Shown piece by piece: positions 36,183 through 45,016 of a stretch of 64,000 nucleotides of DNA. A program made the position numbers and the translations under genes. The stretch is from Actinomycetota bacterium (GTDB lineage Bacteria > Actinomycetota > UBA4738 > JACQTL01). The notes beneath the pieces were generated by a model. That model saw only the letters and a list, made by a program, of their open reading frames with translations. It made no database searches and was not told the DNA's origin. Numbering within the stretch: the first letter of the stretch is position 1; the number at the start of each line of letters is the position of its first letter. The stretch spans positions 478 to 64,477 of the forward strand of contig JBJMLO010000023.1 in the NCBI GenBank assembly GCA_045805265.1. The letters are read 5' to 3'.

Positions 36183-37963
36183 TGGCGGTCGACTACTTCA
36201 CCTCGTTGCAGCAGGAGGTCGAGCGGGAGGTCATGGCCTGCATCGGCTGCAACGACTGCCTGCTGGCCTGCCCGCTGCCCGACAAGCACTTCGTGACGAT
36301 CGCGCAGCTCAACGCCGGCGCGCTGGCGCCGCACATCACCGACCCGCAGGTCATCGACTTCGTGATGGCCTGCACGCAATGCCAGCAGTGCGTGCCGGTG
36401 TGCCCCGCCGACCTCCACCGGGCCGACATCGTCCTGTGGAACAAGATGAAGGTCGAGGACGTCGAGCCCGACCGGCTGATGCCGCTACAGGTCGGGCCGA
36501 ACATCTACCCGTCGGGATGGACGCTCGACGCGCTGTCGAACCACCTGGCGGCGCTGCCGCTGTTCCGCGGTGTCGAGCCGGCGCACCTCCGGCGGATCCT
36601 GCTGTCGGTGACCCTCCGGCGGCTGGTTCCCGGCGAGGTCCTGTGCCGCGAGGGCCAGTTCCACGAGCGCCTGTACATCGTGCTCGACGGCGCCGTCGAG
36701 CAGTCGACCACCACGATCGGACGGCAGCAGACCCGGATCCTGGTGATGGGCCCGGGCTCGTTCCACGGCGAGATCGCCGTGCTCGGCAACCAGGAGGAGC
36801 TGTTCACGATCACGGCGGTGGCCGACTCGATCGTGGTGGAGTTCCCGAAGGCCGCCGTATACCGCCTGATGCGCGAGTCCGCGCCGTTCAAGCAGACGAT
36901 GGACGAGCTGTACCGCCGCCGCGCCACGTGGACCCAGGCCAGGACCCACCCGCTGCTGGCGGGCTTTCCCGACCAGGACATCGAGACGCTGCTGCGCGAG
37001 GCGACGTTCCGGGTCTACCACCCGGGCGAGGTGGTGTACCTGGAGGGGGCGCCGGCCTCGGACCTGTTCATCGTCCGGAGCGGGTTCCTCAAGGTCGGGG
37101 TGCGCCATGGCGACGCCGAGCGCGTGCTGCAGTACTTCCGGGAGGGCGACGTGTTCGGGGGGTCTGCGCTGTTCTTCGGGGGGACCCAGCAGGCCAGCGT
37201 CACCGCGAACACGAGGGCCGAGGTCCTGGCCATCCCGGGGAACCTCGTGCACCAGCTGCTGGCGAAGCATCCCCAGATGCAGGCGCACCTCCAGCAGGAG
37301 GCCACGAAGGCGGAGGCCATCGTCCGTGACCCCCACGTCCGGTTCCCCGTCGTGGACCGAGCCTCGAGCCACGTGCTGTCGATCGAGGACCTGCTGACGA
37401 CCGGCGTCATGCAGGGCCACGAGATCCTCGTGATCGACACGTCGATCTGCACGAACTGCAACAACTGCGTCGACGCCTGTGAGCGCCGTCACGGCTACGC
37501 GCGGCTGGACCGCCGGGGGCTGCAGCTGGACAACCTCCTGTTCCCGAGCGCGTGCCGGCACTGCGAGGACCCCGTCTGCCTGCTGTGCTCCGTGAACGGC
37601 ATCGTCCGCGAGCCGGACGGCGAGATCCGGATCGTCCCGGACAACTGCATCGGGTGCGGGGCCTGCGCGGCCCGATGTCCGTACGGCAACATCCAGATGC
37701 ACGACCGCACGAAGAAGTTCGAGCACAGCGGGTTCAGCCTCATGTCGCTCCTCGGGATCGACCGCCACCAGGAGGAGCAGGAGGAGATGCAGCAGGAGCA
37801 CCGCCGCGACCGCATCGCGGTGAAGTGCGACCTCTGCGCCGGGTACCCGTACTACGCGTGCGTGCACGCCTGCCCGGTCGGTGCCGCGTTCCGCATCGAC
37901 CCGGTGTCCACGTTCGGCCAGAGCGACATGGTGATCGGCCTCGAGATGCGGAAGGTGAAGTGA
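36182..37963 (+). CDS. Polyferredoxin with two cNMP-binding-like domains: 2x[4Fe-4S] - cNMP - cNMP - DmsB/NrfC-like 4x[4Fe-4S]
   Basis: CIGCNDCLLACP, CTQCQQCVPVCP; GEVLCREG..GEIAVL, GEVVYLEG..GDVFG; CTNCNNCVDAC, CRHCEDPVC, CIGCGACAARCP, KCDLC..CVHACP; TGATG coupling. Confidence 0.92.
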   Translation: MAVDYFTSLQQEVEREVMACIGCNDCLLACPLPDKHFVTIAQLNAGALAPHITDPQVIDFVMACTQCQQCVPVCPADLHRADIVLWNKMKVEDVEPDRLMPLQVGPNIYPSGWTLDALSNHLAALPLFRGVEPAHLRRILLSVTLRRLVPGEVLCREGQFHERLYIVLDGAVEQSTTTIGRQQTRILVMGPGSFHGEIAVLGNQEELFTITAVADSIVVEFPKAAVYRLMRESAPFKQTMDELYRRRATWTQARTHPLLAGFPDQDIETLLREATFRVYHPGEVVYLEGAPASDLFIVRSGFLKVGVRHGDAERVLQYFREGDVFGGSALFFGGTQQASVTANTRAEVLAIPGNLVHQLLAKHPQMQAHLQQEATKAEAIVRDPHVRFPVVDRASSHVLSIEDLLTTGVMQGHEILVIDTSICTNCNNCVDACERRHGYARLDRRGLQLDNLLFPSACRHCEDPVCLLCSVNGIVREPDGEIRIVPDNCIGCGACAARCPYGNIQMHDRTKKFEHSGFSLMSLLGIDRHQEEQEEMQQEHRRDRIAVKCDLCAGYPYYACVHACPVGAAFRIDPVSTFGQSDMVIGLEMRKVK

Positions 37964-40770
37964 GCCAGGCCCCTCCACCACCACCTCCTCCTCCCGGCCG
38001 GCCTCCCCCTCCGCCGCCCGGCGGTCCGCCTCCCCCGCCCCCGCCCCCGCCGGGGCCGCCGGGACGGTCGGTCCCTCCCGGGCAGTTCCCATCGCAGGTC
38101 CCGCCCGAGCAGGGGCCCGGCACCGGCCGTCGCCGGAAGCGCGAGCCCGAGACCCCGATGGCGCCAGGCGAGTGGCGGGCCCGGCGAACCGACGTCCGGG
38201 TCGCCCCCGAGGCGGTCGACGCAGGTGGACGCCCCCGGGCGCCGAAGCGTCTGAGGAAGACGTGGGAACGGCCGCTGCCGTGGACGATCGTCGGCGTTGT
38301 CGGGTTCGTCGGCGCGGTGGCGCTCGGATACGTGCTGATCGAGTCCATCCAGAACGGTGGCGGCGCCTCCGGCCGCGGCGCGTTCTGGCTGATCACCGCC
38401 CTGGGGATCCTGGCCGTCGCCCTGTCGGTGGCGACGTTCCTGTACACGTTCCGGAAGCGGTCCCGCCGGCTCCAGGAGGGATCGAAGGCCACGATGATGA
38501 CGTGGTTCAAGTCCCACATCTGGCTGGGACTGCTCGCCTTCGGAGTGGTGATCGCCCACGTCCTGGTGCGGCCGGTCACGTTCGACCTGTCCACCGGCAA
38601 GCTCGCGCTGATCGCGTTCTTCGTCCTCGTGCTGTCCGGGATCCTGTGGCGGCTGGTGTACCGCCGGATTCCCGGGCAGGTGGCCCGGGGGCCGCGGAAC
38701 CTGGCGGTGGTCGACACGAAGCAGCGCCTGGAGGGGACCCAGGTCCAGATCGACAAGCTGTCGGCGGGGAAGTCGCCCCAGTTCCAGGCGCTGGTCCAGG
38801 CCCGGCTCCGGGGGGAGCCGCCCAGCGCGCTCGACCCGCAGGCGGCGACCCTCCCCGACCACGAGCGGGCCACGTGGGTCGAGGTGAACACGCTCGCATA
38901 CAACCGCCTGGGGCTCGCGAAGCGGGAGGAGCGCCAGCGACACTACGCCCGGTGGCTCCAGCGGTGGAAGCTGGTCCACATCCCGCTGGCGGCGATCTTC
39001 CTGGGGCTCGTGGTGGTGCACGTCCTCGACGTCTTCGGAGCCGGCCGGGCGGCCTTCGGCGGGAAGACGGCGCAGTTCCCGTCGTCGCAGTCCTGCGCGG
39101 GCTGCCATTCGGAGGTCGCCGAGGAGTGGCGCGGCTCGGTCATGGCCCACGGGATCACGAGCCCGTTCATGGTCGCCCAGACCGCGCTGGCGGTGCGGCA
39201 GAACCGGAACGACGGCCACGTGCTCGGGCAGCTCTGCGTGAACTGCCACGGGCCGATCGGCGCGACGATCACCGGCTCCGACACGCTGCCGTTCCCGGGG
39301 ACCGCGAACTCGACCGACCCCGGCGCCACCGGGAAGCGGAACCTGATCATGGCCGAGGGCGTGAGCTGCGTTGTGTGCCACGCGCTGGGCGACGCGCCGG
39401 GCCGCGCCACCGGGGCCGACCCGTTCCTGCCGAACAAGTCCGGCCTGTCCTCGCTCGGCGACTTCCACGGGCCGCGACAGTCGAACCCGCCGCCCATCCC
39501 GGTGCCGGACCACCAGATCACGCAGGGCGGGTACATGACCAACCAGCTGGCCTCGTCGCAGCTGTGCGGGGCGTGCCACATCGTCGAGGTCGACCTGTCG
39601 AACAACGGCAAGCCGGTCGACCGGTTCGCCGATCCCCAGCCCGACCTCGTGTTGCAGACCACGTTCGACGAGTGGAGCGACGAGTACCTCTCGACCTTCG
39701 GGGACAATCCCGGAGCGGCGCAGGGCTGCGTCGGCTGCCACACCAGCCCGGAGACCGCGAAGCTCGTGTCGCGAGGGCCCTTCGGGAGCGCAGCGCCCGA
39801 GCGGGCCGTGCGCAGCCACACGTTCTTCGGGGTGGACTACGACCTGGCGCCGGGCCACCCGGGCCTGAGTGACCAGCAGTTCCAACGGGAGCTCGCCGAG
39901 ACCGAGGGCCTCCTGAAGAGCGCGGCCACCATGCGCGTCAGGGCCAAGGTGTCGAAGCAGGACGGTGGGTCCATCGCCGCCGACGTGCTGGTGACGGACG
40001 TCGGCAACGGCCACCAGCTGCCGACCGGGTTCGCCTTCGTCCGGCAGATGTGGCTCGAGATCAAAGCGGAGACCGTCGACGCCGACGGCAACGCCACCGG
40101 CCCGGTCTGCCTGGCCGACGCCCCCGCCGGCACGGGAACGCTCGCCGCGCGGTGCAGCTCCGGGACCGTCACGGCGACCCAGGATCTCCCGTACTGCGAC
40201 CCGTCGGTCATCGCCGCCGACACGAAGCGGTTCGGCGGATTCGTGTCGGCCGACGCCCAGATCCACCTCGCTCCCGGGGCCGCCAGCCCGCCGGGGAAGT
40301 GTGACCCGTGGCTGGCCTCGTGGCAGAAGATCCTCACAGACGGTCCGGCCCCCCGGAAGGGGCAGATCCGCCACGAGGTGGCCTACCAGTCGAAGCTCGC
40401 GGACATCGTCCGCACCCGCCACCGGGTCTTCGACAACCTGGCGATGGCGCCGATGGGGCCGCCCGGTTTCAAGGGCCGGCCGGATCCGAAGGACAGGACC
40501 AAGTTCCTGATCCAGCCGGATCGGTTCCCTGCTCCGCCGTCCGACGGAATCCGGTACGACTTCCGGCTGACCGACGCGAACGGCAACAGGCTGACGCCCG
40601 GAACGCAGGTGAAGATCACGGCGACGCTGAACTTCCGGCACCTCCCGCCGTACTTCATCCGCTCGCTCGCGAACTTCTATCCCCCGGGCGTGACGGCGCA
40701 GGGCCTGATCTCGAACCTCCGCATCGTGGACATGACGTCGGCCACGACGACGATCACGATCAACCGCTGA
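37960..40770 (+). CDS. Membrane protein: poly-Pro N-terminus, His-containing cytochrome b-like TM domain, and extracytoplasmic pentaheme cytochrome c (c554-like)
   Basis: GTGA coupling; TM His in KSHIWLG, IAHVL, LVHIPL, VVHVL; CxxCH x5 (CAGCH, CVNCH, CVVCH, CGACH, CVGCH); GHQLPTG. Confidence 0.9.
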   Translation: MSQAPPPPPPPPGRPPPPPPGGPPPPPPPPPGPPGRSVPPGQFPSQVPPEQGPGTGRRRKREPETPMAPGEWRARRTDVRVAPEAVDAGGRPRAPKRLRKTWERPLPWTIVGVVGFVGAVALGYVLIESIQNGGGASGRGAFWLITALGILAVALSVATFLYTFRKRSRRLQEGSKATMMTWFKSHIWLGLLAFGVVIAHVLVRPVTFDLSTGKLALIAFFVLVLSGILWRLVYRRIPGQVARGPRNLAVVDTKQRLEGTQVQIDKLSAGKSPQFQALVQARLRGEPPSALDPQAATLPDHERATWVEVNTLAYNRLGLAKREERQRHYARWLQRWKLVHIPLAAIFLGLVVVHVLDVFGAGRAAFGGKTAQFPSSQSCAGCHSEVAEEWRGSVMAHGITSPFMVAQTALAVRQNRNDGHVLGQLCVNCHGPIGATITGSDTLPFPGTANSTDPGATGKRNLIMAEGVSCVVCHALGDAPGRATGADPFLPNKSGLSSLGDFHGPRQSNPPPIPVPDHQITQGGYMTNQLASSQLCGACHIVEVDLSNNGKPVDRFADPQPDLVLQTTFDEWSDEYLSTFGDNPGAAQGCVGCHTSPETAKLVSRGPFGSAAPERAVRSHTFFGVDYDLAPGHPGLSDQQFQRELAETEGLLKSAATMRVRAKVSKQDGGSIAADVLVTDVGNGHQLPTGFAFVRQMWLEIKAETVDADGNATGPVCLADAPAGTGTLAARCSSGTVTATQDLPYCDPSVIAADTKRFGGFVSADAQIHLAPGAASPPGKCDPWLASWQKILTDGPAPRKGQIRHEVAYQSKLADIVRTRHRVFDNLAMAPMGPPGFKGRPDPKDRTKFLIQPDRFPAPPSDGIRYDFRLTDANGNRLTPGTQVKITATLNFRHLPPYFIRSLANFYPPGVTAQGLISNLRIVDMTSATTTITINR

Positions 40771-41786
40771 TGCCGGTGCTGACGCCTCCGATCGCGCCGA
40801 TGCTGGCGAAGCTGCAACGCGAGCTTCCGCGCGGAGACGGCTGGCTGTACGAGCCGAAATGGGACGGGTTCCGGGCCATCGTGTTCGTGACCGGGAAGGA
40901 CGTCTACATCCAGAGTCGGGACAAGCGGCCGTTCAACCGGTACTTCCCGGAGCTCCCCGCCGCGCTGTCCGAGACGCTCCCGTCGGCGTGCGTGGTGGAC
41001 GGCGAGATCGTGGTGGCGGGCCCGAACGGGCTCGAGTTCGACCTGCTGCAGCTGCGGATCCACCCCGCCGAGTCGCGGGTCCGGATGCTCGCGGAGCAGA
41101 CCCCGGCGTCGTTCGTCGCGTTCGACCTGCTGGCCGTCGGCGACCGGTCGCTGATGCAGGCGCCGTTCGCGGCGCGGCGCGACGAGCTGCGCGGGCTGCT
41201 GGCCGGCCGCGACGGCAGCGGCGTGCCGGGGCCCGGATCGACCCAGGTCCTGCTGACGCCACAGACCGACGACGTGGACGAAGCCGAGGCCTGGTTCGAC
41301 ACGTTCGCGCCCCTCGGACTGGACGGCGTGGTCGCCAAGAAGGTCGACCTCGAGTACTCCCCGGGCAATCGGACCATGGTGAAAGTGAAGCGCGTCAAGA
41401 CGGCCGACTGCGTGGTCGGCGCGTACCGGCCCTCCAGGGCCGACCAGGGGATCGGGTCGTTGCTGCTCGGGCTGTATCGCGACGGCGTGCTGCACTTCGT
41501 GGGCCATACGTCGTCGTTCAGCGCGGCCGAGCGCAAGCGGTTGCGCGGCGAGCTGAAGCAGTACGAGAGCGGCGCCGTGTCGTTCGGCGAGGGCCGCACG
41601 CCCGGCGGGCCCTCCCGATGGGCGCGAGCCGAGCAGGCCGAGTGGACACCGCTCCGACCCGAGCTCGTCTGCGAGGTCCGGTACGACAAGATGCAGGGCG
41701 AGCGCTTCCGTCACGCCGCGACGTTCATCCGGTGGCGCGACGACAAGCGCCCCGAGGAGTGCACGTTCGATCAGCTGCAGGCATGA
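40770..41786 (+). CDS. ligC: ATP-dependent DNA ligase LigC
   Basis: PMLAK, YEPKWDGFRA, VDGEIV, RIHPAESRV, AFDLL, CEVRYD, RFRH. Confidence 0.93.
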   Translation: MPVLTPPIAPMLAKLQRELPRGDGWLYEPKWDGFRAIVFVTGKDVYIQSRDKRPFNRYFPELPAALSETLPSACVVDGEIVVAGPNGLEFDLLQLRIHPAESRVRMLAEQTPASFVAFDLLAVGDRSLMQAPFAARRDELRGLLAGRDGSGVPGPGSTQVLLTPQTDDVDEAEAWFDTFAPLGLDGVVAKKVDLEYSPGNRTMVKVKRVKTADCVVGAYRPSRADQGIGSLLLGLYRDGVLHFVGHTSSFSAAERKRLRGELKQYESGAVSFGEGRTPGGPSRWARAEQAEWTPLRPELVCEVRYDKMQGERFRHAATFIRWRDDKRPEECTFDQLQA

Positions 41787-42562
41787 AGGTCGAGCTGGAA
41801 CGACGCGGCGCCGTCACGGTGCTCACGATCAACCGCCCCGAGGTGCACAACGCGGTGGACGGCGAGACGGCCGAGCTGATCACGGCGGGCATCGAGTCCT
41901 TCGCGGGCGACGACGACGCGCGGGTGCTCGTCGTTACCGGCGCCGGGGGCCGAGCCTTCTGCTCCGGGGCGGACCTGAAGGCCGCGGGGGAGCTGGTCGG
42001 GCGTCCCGACGCGCCACGGACCGGGCCGATGGGGTTCTCCTCGCTGGACCCTGGGAAGGCCGCCATCGCGGCGATCGAGGGGTTCTGCTTCGCCGGGGGG
42101 CTGGAGCTGGCCTGCTGGTGCGACCTCCGGGTAGCCGGGGCGACCGCGGAGTTCGGCGCGCTCTCGCGGCGGTGGGGCATCCCGTACGTCGACGGCGGGA
42201 CCCAGCGGCTTCCTCGCATCGTGGGAACCGGCAACGCCCTGTACCTCCTGGTGACCGGCGTTCGGATCGACGCTCGCCGGGCCTACGAGATGGGCCTGGT
42301 GCAGGAGGTCGTCCCGGCCGGCGACGCGCTCGACCGCGCGCTGGCCCTCGCCGGGCACGTCGCGCGGTACCCGCAGGCGAGCCTCCGGGCCGACCGGGCC
42401 GGCGCGCTGGAGGCATTCGACCGGCCGCTCGGCGACGGCCTGCTGCTCGAGCGGGAGCGCGGCCTCCCCACGGTCTTCGATCCGGCGGTGGGGGAGGCCC
42501 TTCAGCGCTTCGCCGGCGGCGACCGCCCGGAGCCGCCCCGGCCCCCGCCGCCCACGGGCTGA
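41783..42562 (+). CDS. Enoyl-CoA hydratase/isomerase family protein
   Basis: INRPEVHNAVD, AFCSGADL, GGLELA, DGGTQRLPR; ATGA overlap. Confidence 0.94.
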   Translation: MKVELERRGAVTVLTINRPEVHNAVDGETAELITAGIESFAGDDDARVLVVTGAGGRAFCSGADLKAAGELVGRPDAPRTGPMGFSSLDPGKAAIAAIEGFCFAGGLELACWCDLRVAGATAEFGALSRRWGIPYVDGGTQRLPRIVGTGNALYLLVTGVRIDARRAYEMGLVQEVVPAGDALDRALALAGHVARYPQASLRADRAGALEAFDRPLGDGLLLERERGLPTVFDPAVGEALQRFAGGDRPEPPRPPPPTG

Positions 42563-45009
42563 GGAGCCTCGGGGGCCTCCGTGCCACCGGCCGGAGCGGA
42601 TTCGGCGTCTCCCGCACCGGTCCCCGCGGAGGGATGACGCCGCCGGCGCAGCCACAGGAACGCGGCCGCCGCGGCCAGGGCGACCAGGGAGGCCGACGTC
42701 CCCAGCAGACCCAGGCCGACGCTGCCGTCGACGTACGCGAACCGGATGTCGTGCCTGCCGTGCTCGACGGGCACGGCCATGAGGAAGGCGTCCGCCTTCA
42801 GCACGGTGCCCCGCCGCCCGTCCACCGTCACCGTCCAGTGGGGGTCCCACGGGATCCGCACCAGGACGAGTCCCGGCCTCGGCGCGTCCACGGTGAGCGA
42901 CAGCGACTGCGGGCCCGAGTCGCCGACGTCCGCGCCGGCGGGGGCGCCGGGCCGGGGTGACCCCCCGAGGCCGGGATCCTCCTGCAGCACGACCTCCGCA
43001 CGAGGGTCGAACCCGGTTGCCGTCACGGCCTCCCGCGCGGCCTGCGCGACCGGCAGGACCCGCCACGACCCCACGAACGACGCACGCTGCGGGCTCCGGG
43101 GACCCGAGCCCACGTCGAGCGACGCGCCGGTGACCCGGTACAGCGTCTGCCGCCCGTCGGAGGCCACCCGGGCCAGGCCCGCCACGGGATCGTGCTTCGC
43201 ATGCCAGGACCCGACGATCCACCGGACGTCCAGCAGGTCGAGGATCTGCGGCGTGAGGTGCTTGTAGTAGGTGAGGTTGTACCGGATAGGCTTCGGGTCC
43301 GCGACGCGGTTGTAGGCCCAGTAGGGGATCGGGGCGACCGAGTTGTATCCGTCGGCGTCCTCGAGGCCGAACAGCATCCCTCGCCCGTTCGCCTCGAGGT
43401 CCCAGTAGTCGGGGGTCTGGAGAGGGAGGAACCCGTCGCGTTCGTGGATCAGCTTCGGCGCGAACGTCAGGTACCGTCCCCCGCCGGCCGCCTGGAGCTT
43501 TCGGGCGAGCAGATCCGGCGTCGTGTACGCCCCGGCGTCGATCGCCGGACCGAGCAGCCCGGTGAACGCTCCGGGGTCCTGCGACGACACGCCCAGGTGG
43601 TCCAGCTCGAACTTCGTGGACTGCCCGGACAGCCCCCCGGCCGCCATCTCCACCGCGATCACGACCGGCAGCGCGATCGCCAGCCGCGGCCGCCAGCACG
43701 CGAGCGCCAGCGCCGCCCCGCCGGCCACGACGCCGAACAGCCACACCCCCGTGTGCCCGTTCGGCACGTCGAACGACAGCGGCAGGAGGAGCCAGATCGC
43801 GACGCCCGGCACGAGCATGGCCGCTCGGCGGCGCCACGAGCCCGCGTCCATCAGCGCCTGGACGCCCAGCCCCGCCAGGACGGCCACGGCGAATATCAGC
43901 CCGTACCGGAAGCGCCGGGGGTCGTGGAGGTAGAAGTCCGCGGCCGGGAACCCCGCGAGGTGCGCCTTCGCGAATCGCGCGAACCGGTCGCCCGACACGT
44001 CGTAGGAGACTAGGCCGAGCGCCGCGAAGCCGACCGCCAGCCCACGGAGCCGTCGCCGGAAGAACGCTGCGCAGGAGAGCACCAGCGCCGCCACGGCGAC
44101 GTACGACCCCGGCGACACCGTCAGCCCGAGCGCCCAGGTGGCCGGGGCGCCGGTGGTCCGGTAGGGCGGGAACGCGACGCCGGTCAGCCGGTTCTGCAGG
44201 TGGATGAGGTTGGCGTAGCCGAGGGCCGCGGTGGCCCGCGAGAGGTAGCCGAAGCGGGGCACGAGGTAGGCCAGATTCAGGAGCCCCGCCGCGGCCACCA
44301 GCAGCACCAGCGGGGCCGCCTCGAGCCGCCACGACCGCCCCGAGCGGAGGTCGCCGATCACCCGGACCACCAGGTAGACGCCGAGCGCCGCGGCCCCGAT
44401 GGCGAGCCCGTTGCTCGCGTAGGCCGCGGCCAGCTGCCCCCCGGCCAGCGCGGTCGCCGCGAGCCATCCGAGCCGAGCGGGCCAGGTGGGCGTCCGCATG
44501 AGCCGAGACGCCGCGGCCAGCATCAGCGCCGTCCAGGCCAGCGCGGCGGCGAACGCGGTCGACAGCCCGATGTAGGAGCCGGCCATCACCAGCGCCAGCG
44601 TCACGCCGCCGACGGTCGCAGCGGCCCGCGACAGCCGCTCGCTGCGCAGGAAGGCGTAGATCCCGAGCCCCCCGAGCAGGGGCTGCAGCACGATGTACCA
44701 CCGCATCGCCCTCGCGCAGGACATCGTGGAGAACAGCACCATGGCCGGGAGGTACATCCACCCGGACTGCGGGTCGGCGGCGAACGGGAGGCCCGCGAGG
44801 GAGAACGGGTTCCACAGCGGGATGTGTCCGGCCGCCAGGCTCTTGCCCAGGAAGCAGTACGTGGGCAGGCTCAGCCCGACGATGTCCTCGTGCTGGTTCG
44901 TGAGCAGCCCGCCGAAGGCGAAGGCATGGTCGACGACCAGGACCGCGGCCACGATGAGCGCCGGTCCCGCCACCGGGGCTCCCGCGCGCAGCAGTCTCTC
45001 CCGGTTCAC
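42502..45009 (-). CDS. YfhO-family multi-TM membrane protein (GT-C fold)
   Basis: GHIPLWNP...GLPFAADPQSG, DGYNS, WDPHWTVTVDG, AVPVEHGRHDIRFAY. Confidence 0.88.
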   Translation of the reverse strand: MNRERLLRAGAPVAGPALIVAAVLVVDHAFAFGGLLTNQHEDIVGLSLPTYCFLGKSLAAGHIPLWNPFSLAGLPFAADPQSGWMYLPAMVLFSTMSCARAMRWYIVLQPLLGGLGIYAFLRSERLSRAAATVGGVTLALVMAGSYIGLSTAFAAALAWTALMLAAASRLMRTPTWPARLGWLAATALAGGQLAAAYASNGLAIGAAALGVYLVVRVIGDLRSGRSWRLEAAPLVLLVAAAGLLNLAYLVPRFGYLSRATAALGYANLIHLQNRLTGVAFPPYRTTGAPATWALGLTVSPGSYVAVAALVLSCAAFFRRRLRGLAVGFAALGLVSYDVSGDRFARFAKAHLAGFPAADFYLHDPRRFRYGLIFAVAVLAGLGVQALMDAGSWRRRAAMLVPGVAIWLLLPLSFDVPNGHTGVWLFGVVAGGAALALACWRPRLAIALPVVIAVEMAAGGLSGQSTKFELDHLGVSSQDPGAFTGLLGPAIDAGAYTTPDLLARKLQAAGGGRYLTFAPKLIHERDGFLPLQTPDYWDLEANGRGMLFGLEDADGYNSVAPIPYWAYNRVADPKPIRYNLTYYKHLTPQILDLLDVRWIVGSWHAKHDPVAGLARVASDGRQTLYRVTGASLDVGSGPRSPQRASFVGSWRVLPVAQAAREAVTATGFDPRAEVVLQEDPGLGGSPRPGAPAGADVGDSGPQSLSLTVDAPRPGLVLVRIPWDPHWTVTVDGRRGTVLKADAFLMAVPVEHGRHDIRFAYVDGSVGLGLLGTSASLVALAAAAAFLWLRRRRHPSAGTGAGDAESAPAGGTEAPEAPQPVGGGGRGGSGRSPPAKR

Positions 45010-45016
45010 TCCGCGA

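Noticed and set aside
36182-40770. Calling this a DmsABC, NrfABCD or hydroxylamine oxidoreductase operon
   Set aside because: No molybdopterin subunit, no CxxCK motif, only five CxxCH motifs, and extra cNMP-like domains.
42502-42562. 61-nt convergent overlap between the enoyl-CoA hydratase and YfhO genes (also a 20-nt overlap at 50104-50123)
   Set aside because: Involves low-complexity C-terminal tails; common in GC-rich genomes.
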